A stretch of DNA of 64,000 bases. Origin: an uncultured Methanomicrobiales archaeon. GTDB taxonomy: Archaea; Halobacteriota; Methanomicrobia; Methanomicrobiales; Methanospirillaceae. Numbering within the stretch: position 1 is the stretch's first letter; every line of letters begins with the position of its first letter. This document shows positions 1 to 12,221 of this stretch, one piece after another. The stretch covers positions 704,001-768,000 of the forward strand of contig OY969100.1 of NCBI GenBank assembly GCA_963697895.1, written 5' to 3'. Made by a program: the position numbers and the translations under genes. The notes under the pieces were generated by a model. It ran no database searches. It had not been told where the DNA came from and worked only from the letters and a program-made list of their open reading frames with translations.

Positions 1-3000
1 ACTATAGGTGGACTGTACCTATTCGAGAACCTGGATTTCGGTAACTATACGGTGAACGAGACCCCGCAATGCGGGTGGTTGCAAATATCAGGGGACTATA
101 TTGTCGAACTGAATGTGACAAACTCCACGTTCACGGATCTGAATTTCACGAACCAGCAGCAGCTTGGGAACTATTACGGGAATGAAATGGAACGACCTGA
201 ACGCCGATGGAATCCATGATCCGGGAGAACCGGGTCTTTCGGGCTGGACAATCCGTTTACGGAACGCAACAACAAATTCAAATAGCGTCGCTATAAACGA
301 TATAACCGACTCGAACGGGAATTATTCATTTACCAATCTATCCTGGGGAGATTACAATTTAACAGAAAACATCGGTGCATTTGACGGATGGCGTTTGACC
401 TTCCCCGATTCAAATTTACACCAGCTAACCGTAAACTGCACGAATCTGACATTTACATCGATCGATTTCGGGAATCATCAGAGCATCATCGATGGGTATA
501 AACGGGATGAGAACGGGAATGGACTTTCTGACTGGACTATCTCTCTCTATAACCAGACAACGGGAGAACTGATAAACCAGACAACAACCGATGGCTCAGG
601 CTATTACAAATTTGTAAATTTATCTGTGGGTGGGACAAAGGGCAAATACACCGTAAATGAAACACCACAGCCCGGATATATTCTCACAAATCCACCAAGC
701 GGGTTCTATTATGCTAACTTAACGGCCGCAAATCCGGATGCAACCAACCTGAACTTTACCAACGTCCGGTTAAATGGAAGCATAAGCGGATATAAACAGG
801 ACCAACTTGGAGACCCTATCGAGAACTGGCCGATCAATCTCACGAACGTCTCGGGAACACCGGTCGGTAGCAACCTAACCGATCAAAATGGGTTCTTTAA
901 TTTCACCGATCTCCCCTGGGATACGTATAACGTGAGTGAAGGGATCCTTGCAGGGTACATACCCGCTGGTCCGACATTTTATGATTCTCTTACCGTGAAT
1001 GGGACTAACCTCGACATCGGGCCCGTGATCTTCACGAACGAGCTGGTGGGGTTCTGTATTGAGGGTCACAAGTTTGACAACAACACCGGTATGGGACTCT
1101 TCGGCTGGAATATCACAGTCACGGATGAAACGGATCAGGTAGTAGGAACCGCCATGACCGACGGGAATGGGCTCTACCAGGTCTGCGGTCTGATCCCGGG
1201 CAACTACACGGTCTGCGAGGAACTCAAGGACGGCTGGGTGAACGTGACCCCGGACTGCCAGAATGTCACGATTACAGATGCGGATGTTAGCGGCATCGAC
1301 TTCACGAACAAGCTGGCGGGGTTCTGTATTGAGGGTCACAAGTTTGACAACAATACCGGCATGGGACTCTTCGGCTGGAATATCACGGTCACGGATGAGG
1401 CGGATCAGGTAGTAGGCACTGCCATGACCGACGGAAACGGGCTCTACCAGGTCTGCGGTCTGATCCCAGGCAACTACACGGTCTGCGAGGAACTCAAGGA
1501 CGGCTGGGTGAACGTGACCCCGGACTGCCAGAATGTCACGATTACAGATGCGGATGTTAGCGGCATCGACTTCATGAACGAGCTGGCGGGGTTCTGTATT
1601 GAGGGTCACAAGATCGACAACAATTCCGGCATGGGACTCTTCGGCTGGAATGTCACGGTCACGGATGAAACGGATCAGGTAGTAGGAACCGCCATGACCG
1701 ACGGGAATGGGCTCTACCAGGTCTGCGGTCTGATCCCAGGCAACTACACGGTCTGCGAGGAACTCAAGGACGGCTGGGTTAATGTGACCCCGGACTGCCA
1801 GAATGTCACGATTGTTGATGCAAATATAAACGACATCGACTTCACGAACGAGCTGGCGGGGTTCTGTATTGAGGGTCACAAGTTTGACAACAACACCGGT
1901 ATGGGACTCTACGGCTGGAATATCACGGTCACGGATGAAACGGATCAGGTAGTAGGAACCGCCATGACCGACGGAAACGGGCTCTACCAGGTCTGCGGTC
2001 TGATCCCAGGCAACTACACGGTCTGCGAGGAACTCAAGGACGGCTGGGTGAACGTGACCCCGGACTGCCAGAATGTCACGATTACTGATGCGGATGTTAG
2101 CGGCATCGACTTCAACAACGAGCTGGCGGGGTTCTGTATTGAGGGTCACAAGATCGACAACAATTCCGGCATGGGACTCTTCGGCTGGAATATCACGGTC
2201 ACGGATGAGGCGGATCAGGTAGCAGGCACTGCCATGACCGACGGGAACGGCCTCTACCAGGTCTGCGGTCTGATCCCGGGCAACTTCACGGTCTGCGAGG
2301 AACTTAAGGACGGCTGGGTGAACGTGACCCCGGACTGCCAGAATGTCACGATTACTGATGCGGATGTTAGCGGCATCGACTTCATTAACGTACAGCCGGT
2401 GTTCTGTATCGATGGATACAAGATCGACGACTGCAACGATGAGGGTCTCCAGGGCTGGAACATAACCGTCAGGGACGAATCCGAAGCAGAGGTCGGAAAT
2501 GCGACCACGAATGGAAACGGGTACTACCTGGTCTGCAACCTGGTTCCGGGCAACTATACCGTCTGCGAGGAGATGCAGCCGGGATGGACAAACCTGACTC
2601 CGTCTTGCGTGGATGTCCAGATAAACGATGACAATGTGATTAACGTCAATTTCACGAACTCACAGGAATTCTGTATTGAAGGGTACAAGCTGGATGAGGA
2701 GACCGGCGATGGGCTGGAGGGATGGAACCTAACCGTTACGGATGACCTCGACCAGGAGGTCGGGACCGCGACCACCGACGAAAACGGGTTCTACCAGGTA
2801 TGCAACCTGATCCCGGGTGACTACACCGTCTGTGAAGAACTGCAACCCGGCTGGGTCAATGTAACCCCGATCTGCCAGGAAGTTACCTTGTTGTGTGAAA
2901 ACCTGACCGTGAACTTCACGAATATGCAACAGGAAGGTGAAACGTTCTGTATCGACGGGTACAAGATCGACGACTGCACCGGTGAGGGCCTTGAAGGATG

Positions 3001-6000
3001 GAATGTCACCGTTACAGACGAGCTCGACCAGGAAGTCGGGACCGCGACCACGGATGTAAACGGGCAATACCAGGTATGCAACCTGACTCCAGGCAACTAC
3101 ACTGTCTGCGAGGAACTGCAGGAAGGCTGGATGAACCTGACCCCGCTCTGCGCGGATGTCGAGATAGTCGATGCCGATGTGAACGACATCAACTTCACCA
3201 ATACGGAGCAGTTCTGCATCGATGGGTACAAACTTGATGTGGATACCGATGAGGGCCTGGAGGGATGGAACATCACGGTTACGGACGATCTCGACCAGGA
3301 GGTCGGGTCCGCGACCACGGATGTGAACGGGTACTACCAGGTTTGCAACTTGATCCCCGGTGACTACACGGTATGTGAAGAACTACAATCCGGTTGGGAG
3401 AATATTTCTCCCCTTTGCCAGGAAGTCACGCTCCGCTGTGACAATCTGACCGTGAACTTCACGAATGAACAGAAGGAGTTCTGTATCGACGGGTACAAGA
3501 TCGACAACTGTACCGGCGAGGGACTGGAGGGATGGATCATTACCGTCGAGGACGAATCCGAAGTCGTTTACGGGAGTGCGATCACCGACCAGAACGGTTA
3601 CTATCAGGTCTGCAACCTGACCCCCGGCAACTATATCGTCTGCGAGGAACTGCAGGATGGCTGGATAGACCTGACCCCGCCCTGCGTGGATGTGGAGATA
3701 GTTGATGCCGATGTGCATGATATCAACTTCACCAACACCCGGCAGTTCTGTATCGAAGGGTACAAACTCGATGCGGAGACCGGCGAGGGACTGGAGGGAT
3801 GGACCATTACGGTTACGGATGATCTCGACCAGGAAGTCGGAAATGTGATTACCGACCAGGACGGTTTCTATCAGGTCTGCGACCTCACTCCGGGCAACTA
3901 CACGGTCTGCGAGGAGTTGCAACCGGGATATCTCAATGTTACCCCGATCTGCCTGGAAGTCACTCTGCCCTGCAACAACCTGACCGTGAACTTCACGAAT
4001 CTGCAACAGGAAGGCGAAACGTTCTGCATTGACGGATATAAGATCGACAACTGTACGGGTGAGGGTCTCGAGGGCTGGACCGTCTATGTAATGAATGAGT
4101 CCGAGGTAGTCGGGAGCGCAGGAACCGATCAGGACGGATTCTACCAGGTCTGCAACTTAATCCCGGGCGATTACACCGTCTGCGAGTTTATGCAGCCAGG
4201 GTGGATGAACCTGACACCGACCTGCGTAGATGTTCCCGTCAGTGATTCCGACGTCCACAACATCAATTTTACGAACACACAGCAGTTCTGCATCGAGGGG
4301 TACAAGTTTGATCAGCAGACCGGCCTCGGGCTTGAGGGATGGACAATCTATGTCACGGATGAATCCGAAGAGGTTCTCGCGAGCACGATAACCGACCAGG
4401 ATGGTTTCTTCCAGATCTGCGGACTGATTCCGGGCGATTACATCGTCTGCGAGGAACTGCAACCGGGATGGGTAAATGTCTCCCCGATCTGCCAGGAAGT
4501 CACGCTGCCATGCGAAAATCTGACCGTGAACTTCACGAATATGCAACAGGCAGGTGAAACGTTCTGTATCGACGGATACAAGATCGACAACTGCACTGGT
4601 GAAGGGCTTGAGGGCTGGAACATCATCGTCAAGGACGAATCCGACATAGAGGTCGGGACCGCGATCACCGACGAGAACGGTTTCTACCGGGTCTGCAGCC
4701 TTATCCCAGGTAACTACACCGTCTGCGAGGAACTGCAGGACGGCTGGATGAACCTGACTCCAATCTGTGTGGATGTCGAGATAATCGACGCCGATGTGAA
4801 CGATATTAATTTCACCAACACACAAATGTTCTGTATCGAAGGGCACAAGATCCAAGGCGAGACGGGCCTCGGACTGCCAGGGTGGAACGTCTCGGTGATA
4901 GATGAGTCCGGCCAGGAGGTCGGTGAGGCAACCACCGATGAGAACGGCTTCTACCAGGTCTGTACTCTGATTCCGGGCAACTACACCGTCTGCGAAGAAC
5001 TGCAGCAGGGATGGGCGAACCTTACCCCGCTCTGTCAGAATGTTACCCTGTCCTGTGAAAACCTGACGGTGGATTTCGTAAACGATCCTGCGGTCTGTAT
5101 TGACGGGTACAAGATCGACAATTGCACCGGTCTCGGTGTCCCGGACTGGATAATCTCTGTCAGGGATGAGTCCGGTGCCTTGGTCGGGAGTGCAACAACC
5201 GACCAGAATGGTTTCTACCAGGTTTGCGGACTTATTGCTGGCAATTATACCGTCTGCGAGGAACTGCAGCCGGGTTGGATGAACCTGACCCCGTCCTGTG
5301 TGGACGTCGTTCTCGTGGATACCAACGTGAACAATGTCAACTTCACCAATACACAGCAGTTCTGTATCAACGGGTACAAGATCGACGAGCAGACCGGCCT
5401 CGGACTGCCCGGATGGAACATCTCGGTGATGGATGAATCCGGGCAGAATCTGGGTACCGCGATGACCGACCAGAATGGCTTCTACCAGGTCTGTGGCCTG
5501 ATTCCAGGTAATTACACTGTCTGCGAGGAAACGCAGCCGGGCTGGATGAACCTGACCCCGTCCTGCGTGGATATCACTTTGCCGTGCAACGATCTCACCA
5601 TTAACTTCACCAACTTGCAAACATTCGGTCAGATTTGTGGCTGGGTGGGGCCGAACTGTAATGAGGGTGGACTCTATCCACCTGATATACGGGTTCGGTT
5701 CGCCCTGAATGCATCAGATCTGAACGTACCAGGGATGTATTTTGAGACCACCACCGATATCCGGGGTGTTTACTGCATCTCGGGATTGCCAACCGGCCAA
5801 CCCCTCTTTGGAATTGCGTTATCCCCGCTTGCATTCCCGGACAGGTACCTCGAACGACCCATCAGTTACCAGATAGACAGTGGCAAACTTATCACCTGTG
5901 AGGACAGTGCATGCACGCCCCAGATACCTCCCCTGGCAAATAATGGGACTCTGCAGGTGAACTGGGTCCTTACCAACAATCAGGCATTTTTTAATCCAAT

Positions 6001-6010
6001 GCCCCTGTAA
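1..6010 (+). CDS. Giant surface protein with SdrD B-like/CnaB-type Ig repeats, Cys-rich; 5'-truncated by the window edge, apparent +1 frameshift near 165
   Basis: About 21 repeats of the type G.K.D...G.GL.GW.I.V.D.....G...TD.NG.Y....L.PGNYTV.E. Bases 1-165 in frame 1 encode the same domain (GLYLFENLDFGNYTVNETPQCGW...LNFTN) and join ORF 164..6010 if one base is removed near 165. Many N-x-S/T sequons. Confidence 0.85.
1052..2401 (+). repeat. Five near-identical 270-bp (90-aa) intragenic tandem repeats
   Basis: gttctgtattgagggtcacaag recurs at 1051, 1321, 1591, 1861 and 2131. Confidence 0.95.
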
Positions 6011-6278
6011 CTTTTTTCAAAAGCAGAAGCCCGATATCACATACTACCCTGCATTACCCGGAATAGAGAATGGGACGGGAATTTTAGGTCTTTTATAGCG
6101 TTATAACATTGATTTCTGAACCGGATAACAGATGAATGCGAAAAAGTTTTACTGGCGATTTTCTCATAAGGATAGTGCATTATTCTTATTCTCTCCTCGT
6201 TCCTTTTCACAATCGGATGGGGTTGAGTTTTCCCCCAAATTATAAATAATGGATGAACACTTTACCACTGCAGTGAAC

Positions 6279-6533
6279 ATGACGCAGATTAAGAAACGGG
6301 ACGGCCGCATGGAGACGTTTATGCCGGAAAAGATCGTTGTGAGTGCGGTCAAATCAGGTGCATCCCTTGAGGAGGCCCGGTTGATTGCAAAGGATATCGA
6401 AATGAAGGCGGCCAGTTATCCCTCAACGCAGGAGATTAAAACGAAAGTCCTTTCGATGCTCAGGCAGAAGAATCCCGAATGGGAAAAGAACTGGCTGATG
6501 TACGACAGGGCAGTAAAAAAGCGGCGTGATTAA
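6279..6533 (+). CDS. Stand-alone ATP-cone domain protein
   Basis: MTQIKKRDGRMETFMPEKI matches the ATP-cone start motif; TATA-like ttataaat near 6240 supports a start at 6279. Confidence 0.8.
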   Translation: MTQIKKRDGRMETFMPEKIVVSAVKSGASLEEARLIAKDIEMKAASYPSTQEIKTKVLSMLRQKNPEWEKNWLMYDRAVKKRRD

Positions 6534-6663
6534 TTCAGATCATCAACTATTTTAAACAAGGGAAAAGATAGAGTGAGGATTCGCTCTTGAGGGTATTGCG
6601 AATCTGTTGTCCCACATCCTTCGTAAAAGGGGAATAAAGATAATGTCCAATCATTTTCTTTCT

Positions 6664-7518
6664 TCATGAACGTTCATTCATCATCTTCCCGATTAATTGT
6701 TCACGTTCCCTGTCCGTGAGTTGTACGGGTACGGGATAACCATCTTCAAAGGTCGCGGCATTCCGTCGGTACAACACTCCAAGTCCTATCCTTGCGTCCG
6801 TGTTGTAGTCCCATTCCCTCGCTTTCATGAACGCATTCTGATAATCTCCGAGGTCATCCTCCTTCCAGTCGTAGATACGGGCATTGTAATAGTCTGTCAG
6901 ATCGTTATACGTGGCACAGATCTGGAGAATGTCGATGAAGGAGAAGCCACGATGCATCAGCGCCTCGCGGATAAGGTACCGGAGTTGTTCGGCCTTCCGG
7001 GTATACCCCCGACCGATGAAGGTTGCACCGGAGGTCAACATCAATTCGAGCGGATTTATTGGGTATTCATGTTCTCCGTCCGGACTGGACCGCCCACGAA
7101 AACCGAACGGGGATGTAGGAGTAAACTGACCGGTCGTCAGCCCGTATACCCGGTTATCATGCACCAGAACCGTGATATCCAGGTTCCGCTTCGCTGCGAA
7201 GATCAGGTGATCGAGTCCCTCGGCATAACAATCACCATCTCCCGCGATGCAGATCACTTTCAGATCCGGGTTTGAAAGTCTGATGCCGGTCGCAACGGGT
7301 ATGGTCCTTCCATGAAGCGAATAGAACCCGTTAATGTTCATAAAGTCGAAAATTTTCCCATGCTGCCCGATTCCGGCTACAAGCACGATATTTTCGAGAG
7401 GTATCCCGTCACGGTCGAGTTCCGTAAGGACATCTTTTATCGCGTGCTGGATGACGAAGTTCCCACAACCCGGACACCAGGTATTCTTCGCCCGGCTGAT
7501 GAGTTTGCTGCCGTTCAT
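6664..7518 (-). CDS. 2-oxoacid:ferredoxin oxidoreductase beta subunit (TPP-binding)
   Basis: WCPGCG, HGR, GDGD..AEG and NRVYGLTTGQ motifs. Confidence 0.93.
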   Translation of the reverse strand: MNGSKLISRAKNTWCPGCGNFVIQHAIKDVLTELDRDGIPLENIVLVAGIGQHGKIFDFMNINGFYSLHGRTIPVATGIRLSNPDLKVICIAGDGDCYAEGLDHLIFAAKRNLDITVLVHDNRVYGLTTGQFTPTSPFGFRGRSSPDGEHEYPINPLELMLTSGATFIGRGYTRKAEQLRYLIREALMHRGFSFIDILQICATYNDLTDYYNARIYDWKEDDLGDYQNAFMKAREWDYNTDARIGLGVLYRRNAATFEDGYPVPVQLTDREREQLIGKMMNERS

Positions 7519-9203
7519 GCGATCGCTCTCCGGAGTTCAGTTTCGAGCTCTTCGACCATGTACGGTCTCCCATCGTACTTCAGGACGTCCTCCTTGGACG
7601 TGAAACCAAACTGTTTTAAAAGACGGCTGAGCTGTCCTGTTTCGTTTGTCTCGATGCAATAGAACCGTGTTACTCCTTTCATCGCAATTTCGAAGTTCCG
7701 TTCGGGAAATGGCCAGAGAACCACCGGCTGAATAACGCGGAAACCCATCTTGGATCCAAGTTCATTGCATACTCCCTTGTTCGAGCCCCAGCAAAGGAGG
7801 GCGGTTTCGCTGTCCGGTTCTCCCCCGGTATTGACCGACTGCATCTGCTCAATCTCTACCTTAAGGTATTCCATCTTTCTCTTACGTTTATCGGCCATTG
7901 CCGTTGTCGTTTCAGGGTCCTCCGTAGTGATCCCATCGGGGTCATGGACATGACTGTTCACTTTGATATATTCGCCTTTCACCGGCGGGAAACGCAACGG
8001 TGAGATTCCCGAAGGAGAGATGGCATATCTGAGATAAGGATGATCTGGATTCGTATCGAGAACCGCCTCACTGCGAGAAGGGAAGATTTCCTCGGGATCC
8101 AGGGTGTACATCCCCTCGCAGATTATCTTGTCAGAGAGAAGAATGGCCGGTAGTTGATATTTCCAGGCAAGGTCCAGTCCGGCGGTCGACCATTTCCTGG
8201 CTTCGCCTGCATCTCCCGGTGCAATGATCAGCCTCGGAAACTCTCCTTGTCCGGCACTCAGGGCAAAGTTGAGATCGGCCTGGGCGGTGTACGTTGCAAG
8301 GCCGGTGCTCGGACCGGTACGCTGGCCGAGAATGATAAGGACCGGAAGCTCTGCAATGCCGGAAAGACCGAGGGCTTCGGTCATAAGGCAGAACCCCCCA
8401 CCCGACGTGCCGACAGCAGCTCTGGTTCCGGCATATGCGCACCCCAGAGCCGTCAGGACCACGGCGATCTCGCTCTCAGGCTGAATTACCCTGATCCGGA
8501 ATTCTTCCGCATGAGCAGCGAGGAAATGAAGAATATTCGAGGTCGGCGACATCGGGTATCCGAAATAACAGTCGAGGTCAGCCTCGGCTAACCCGAGACC
8601 GATCGCCTCGTTTCCGGTGAACACCGGAAAGCGCGGGCCTTCGAGGCTTTTTACCGGCAACAATTCCCGGGAATTATCGAACGCACGGCGGGCAACACTG
8701 AGGTTCTGCTCGATCCCTTTGGGAATGGATTTCCGTAATACCGATTCGGCAATTTTCCAGTCGATGGCTGCGGCCCGGACGAATGCACCTATCATTGCAG
8801 AGTTCCCCATCACCTGGGGTGCCCGTTCCGCGGCAAGAATGTCCTTGATAGGAACTGCAATCCCTCCCCGTAATTTCACCGAATCTGCATTGTACAGGAC
8901 AACTCCGGGATCAGCCAGGCGGAACGTATGGAGATCCAGCGTCTCCTGGTTCAATGCAAGAATAAAATCCACCCCGCTCCTCACCGCTCCGATCTTTACC
9001 CTGGCACCCCGGATGATGGCAAAATTATGACCTCCCTTGACCAGCGACGGATAATCGAAGTACATATGCACTCCAAACCCGAGCTGACCAAGGATCTGGC
9101 ATATGACCTGTCCGGCACTGCTGATGCCGTCCCCTGCTCTCCCCCCGATTAAAACCGATACCTCGTCTTCCTGCACTCTGGACTCTCCTGAATGTGGATC
9201 CAC
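7515..9203 (-). CDS. 2-oxoacid:ferredoxin oxidoreductase alpha subunit with fused gamma domain
   Basis: N-terminal GGRAGDG gamma domain; GYPMSP, ESEIA, TSGGGF, QRTGPSTG; overlaps the beta gene by 4 bp. Confidence 0.93.
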   Translation of the reverse strand: MDPHSGESRVQEDEVSVLIGGRAGDGISSAGQVICQILGQLGFGVHMYFDYPSLVKGGHNFAIIRGARVKIGAVRSGVDFILALNQETLDLHTFRLADPGVVLYNADSVKLRGGIAVPIKDILAAERAPQVMGNSAMIGAFVRAAAIDWKIAESVLRKSIPKGIEQNLSVARRAFDNSRELLPVKSLEGPRFPVFTGNEAIGLGLAEADLDCYFGYPMSPTSNILHFLAAHAEEFRIRVIQPESEIAVVLTALGCAYAGTRAAVGTSGGGFCLMTEALGLSGIAELPVLIILGQRTGPSTGLATYTAQADLNFALSAGQGEFPRLIIAPGDAGEARKWSTAGLDLAWKYQLPAILLSDKIICEGMYTLDPEEIFPSRSEAVLDTNPDHPYLRYAISPSGISPLRFPPVKGEYIKVNSHVHDPDGITTEDPETTTAMADKRKRKMEYLKVEIEQMQSVNTGGEPDSETALLCWGSNKGVCNELGSKMGFRVIQPVVLWPFPERNFEIAMKGVTRFYCIETNETGQLSRLLKQFGFTSKEDVLKYDGRPYMVEELETELRRAIA

Positions 9204-9448
9204 CTCAATATCTGCCGTCCAGATAAAAGGATATCTCTTTCATTCCGGCGAATATGTATCAATGGATGCATGAAGGAACTTCCCGTCCAATAGCTGATAA
9301 GAACGGCCTTCATTTAATGCCGGCAGGATTGCGCCACCAGGATCCATTCCCTGGATACCAGATCCCTGATACTTACTCAAAGAAATCTTCTCGAAAGGAA
9401 TCCGTTCCCGTGGTCCTGTCCGGTTCGGTTTCGGGACTCCACTCGTGC

Positions 9449-9742
9449 TTAAACGATCTTCCGCCATCGGAGAAGCAATGCAATCCCAAAATATCCGACT
9501 GATATGTACAGGTATCTGGTAAATTTAAATTGAATATACGCATAATCTCCGATCGTGAATCCGCGGTACAGCAGGAATACCTGAAGAACGATATAGAGGA
9601 TGAAAATAACCAGGAACAGGTACGCCATTATCAGCCCGATCGTCCAGGAGAGAACGAGGCCATCTGTTTTCAGGTTCATCAGCCGCAACTTTGTCCTCTT
9701 ATCGCTGTTTCCCACCTGCGACAGTGCTAACCGGGTATCCAT
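9449..9742 (-). CDS. Small hypothetical membrane protein
   Basis: Two hydrophobic stretches; starts 3 bp after the glycosyltransferase stop. Confidence 0.4.
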   Translation of the reverse strand: MDTRLALSQVGNSDKRTKLRLMNLKTDGLVLSWTIGLIMAYLFLVIFILYIVLQVFLLYRGFTIGDYAYIQFKFTRYLYISVGYFGIALLLRWRKIV

Positions 9743-9745
9743 GGA

Positions 9746-10837
9746 TTATCTTTCGAGATAATTTGCCAGCACGATCTCATATAACCGTCGTACATTCACC
9801 TCTGTACGGGACATATCAGGGAATCCTCCAAACTGTTTTGCTCGGTTGACGTCCTCTGCGAGTTGGAGGTGGTATTGGCTTTTTGACATAAACCATCCCT
9901 TTTTTTTGTAATAACCGGCAAGATATTCCTGTTCCCACTGCCCGGGTGTCGGAATGAATAATCCCTGCCGGAGATCGAGCTCGGCGACATCCATCATGGT
10001 GGTATATCCTGAACGACTTATAATAAACTTTGATCTCGACATCAGCAGGGATTTTTCTTCATTGGAAACAGACGAATATACCTGAGTGGAATCATCAGGA
10101 AAAGAGATATCACCGGACGCCGGCTTTCCCAGTATGGCGATCTTTTTCCCGGGGAGTTCTGATATTTGCGGAATTAATATCCGCTCAAGCGCTGTCCGCT
10201 GTGGCTCCATCCCGGAGATCATCATGAGAAAGTCAATATCCCTGGCCAGAGGTTGTTTTTGAACACTCGCGAGGATTCCCGCATAGTAATATCGCGTGCG
10301 TGAGCGGCGAAAAGGTGTCCTTGAGAGCTTCCCGGCAAGGGCGTTATCCCCCGGCGGATTGTCCGGAATGATAATGCCTGAAAATTTCCTGAATACCCTG
10401 ATATTCAGATAAACTCCGATAAGCTCGATCGGCCACACGATAAGCGGAAAACTCTGCTGGACCTGGTGAGTAATCTGGAGGGAGGGGATAGTATTGGAAT
10501 AAACCCCCGGGCGTGAATCACTGATGATAAGATCATACTGATTTTGGGAAAGAATTCTTTCCAGGCACTTTCGCTCCGTGGCTAAAGACTGGACAAGTGT
10601 GTTCATATGGAGTGTAAATCTCGGAAAGAAGAGTCGGCCTGGATTGTATGGGGGAGGGTAATCCTGAAACCGAATAAACGAGCAGTCGGGAAATTCCTTT
10701 TCCAGAAATATGAGCGCATTCCCGCAGGCTGCGATCGTGACTTCGTTCCCGGACCGCAGCATCTCCCGTATAACCGGAATACACCGGGATGCATGGCCAA
10801 GACCCCAGTTCAACGGTGAGATGAGAGCATGGCCCAT
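9746..10837 (-). CDS. GT-B glycosyltransferase (GT28/MJ1255-like)
   Basis: N-terminal WGLGHASR; C-terminal ISRSGYTT and IPTPGQWEQ. Confidence 0.85.
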   Translation of the reverse strand: MGHALISPLNWGLGHASRCIPVIREMLRSGNEVTIAACGNALIFLEKEFPDCSFIRFQDYPPPYNPGRLFFPRFTLHMNTLVQSLATERKCLERILSQNQYDLIISDSRPGVYSNTIPSLQITHQVQQSFPLIVWPIELIGVYLNIRVFRKFSGIIIPDNPPGDNALAGKLSRTPFRRSRTRYYYAGILASVQKQPLARDIDFLMMISGMEPQRTALERILIPQISELPGKKIAILGKPASGDISFPDDSTQVYSSVSNEEKSLLMSRSKFIISRSGYTTMMDVAELDLRQGLFIPTPGQWEQEYLAGYYKKKGWFMSKSQYHLQLAEDVNRAKQFGGFPDMSRTEVNVRRLYEIVLANYLER

Positions 10838-10905
10838 GAAACCCCCTTATTTCCAAACCGTTTCTAATTAGGTCCGTTTCTTCTTAAAAAAACCTGAAGA
10901 TACGG

Positions 10906-11409
10906 TTATGTTCGAATCCCGCACGCGCCCCGACCGTGCTTCTCCAGATATTGCTGATGATACTCCTCAGCACGGTAAAAAGTACCCGCTGCAGTGATCT
11001 CCGTGACAATGTTTCGGGGAAATCTTCTGCTTTCTTCAATCCGTTTCTTTGATGCCTCAGCAGCCGCCTTCTGTTCAGGGGTATGGTAAAAAATGGCGGA
11101 GCGGTATTGTGTCCCGTGATCCGGTCCCTGGCGGTTGAGCGTGGTCGGATCATGAATGCTCCAGAAAGTATTCAGCAGTTCCTCAAAGGTTACGATCTGC
11201 GGGTCAAAGACGACCATAACGACCTCTGCATGGCCGGTCCGATCGGTACAGACATCCTCGTAGGTGGGATTGGGAAATGTTCCTCCCATGTAACCGACCT
11301 CCGTCGATACCACGCCCTTCACGCAGCGAAAAGATTCCTCCACATGCCAGAAGCATCCTGCGGCGAACGTTGCCTTTTCGAGAAGTGCAGGTGAATTCCT
11401 TTCTCCCAT
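10906..11409 (-). CDS. msrA: Peptide-methionine (S)-S-oxide reductase
   Basis: AAGCFW, GHAEVV, HDPT, QYRSAIF and AEEYHQQY motifs; start codon uncertain. Confidence 0.95.
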   Translation of the reverse strand: MGERNSPALLEKATFAAGCFWHVEESFRCVKGVVSTEVGYMGGTFPNPTYEDVCTDRTGHAEVVMVVFDPQIVTFEELLNTFWSIHDPTTLNRQGPDHGTQYRSAIFYHTPEQKAAAEASKKRIEESRRFPRNIVTEITAAGTFYRAEEYHQQYLEKHGRGACGIRT

Positions 11410-11750
11410 CTTCATCAGAAGTTCATTGTCTCCACAAGAGATAGATGTTCCCAAATCGAGAACGACTGCTGGGATCGAATTCCCTTACTTTCATATACAA
11501 ACAGGATAAAAACGAATCCTATATCTTATATTACGTAGTCCGATCGGAATACAACGGGAATAATTAGTCCGGGGATGACATGGACTTTGGCTTTTTTTGA
11601 TTTAGCAGAACCGGCATGAAAATTGGGTAAAAATTGTATAAGAAAAATAAAACAGGGGAATGCGTGCAGACCAGGTGCACATTGGACAGAATACTTTGTC
11701 CTTACATCCTCCACCCTTTTTATTCCATAGTTCAGGTATTCAGGCACATT

Positions 11751-12221
11751 TCAGGTCTGGAATGGCACATCCCGGTCAATGACCGTGTATGTCGTTCCGT
11801 CGGTCATTGTAACGTTCACTATGACACGGTCAGTTTTTGTTGTACCCATCAGCGTGATATTCGTGCCTATCTGAGGGTAATTTGCGCTCCCGGTCTCGAC
11901 CACACAATCTGAACGGATAACGGTCGTAGTCATTACCACAACAGAACCGAGACCCTGCCCGCCGGCAAAGTTGGTTGTGATAATAGGATTGGTTGAAATG
12001 GGATTCTTCATGACTTCTATAAAAACCGATTGATAGGCCGGAACCAGGTCGACTGGCCCGGGAGTCAGAGAACAGGTAGCGCCAGGCCCTGTTACGGTAA
12101 CAGTGGTCTCTACGGGAGTTGCCGGGCTTGTTGGAGGTGGCTGTGGCTGGGTACATCCACCGGTTATGATAGCACAGATGATCAGGATCACAACGGGAAC
12201 GGCAATATGTATCGGGTTCAT
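11751..12221 (-). CDS. Putative lipoprotein of unknown function
   Basis: Hydrophobic signal ending ITGGC, then a P/T-rich linker and a beta-rich domain. Confidence 0.7.
   Translation of the reverse strand: MNPIHIAVPVVILIICAIITGGCTQPQPPPTSPATPVETTVTVTGPGATCSLTPGPVDLVPAYQSVFIEVMKNPISTNPIITTNFAGGQGLGSVVVMTTTVIRSDCVVETGSANYPQIGTNITLMGTTKTDRVIVNVTMTDGTTYTVIDRDVPFQT

Noticed and set aside
875-5620. Long antisense ORFs (424 aa, 487 aa and others) opposite the surface protein
   Set aside because: They are shadows of a repetitive, codon-biased sense gene and show no independent motifs.
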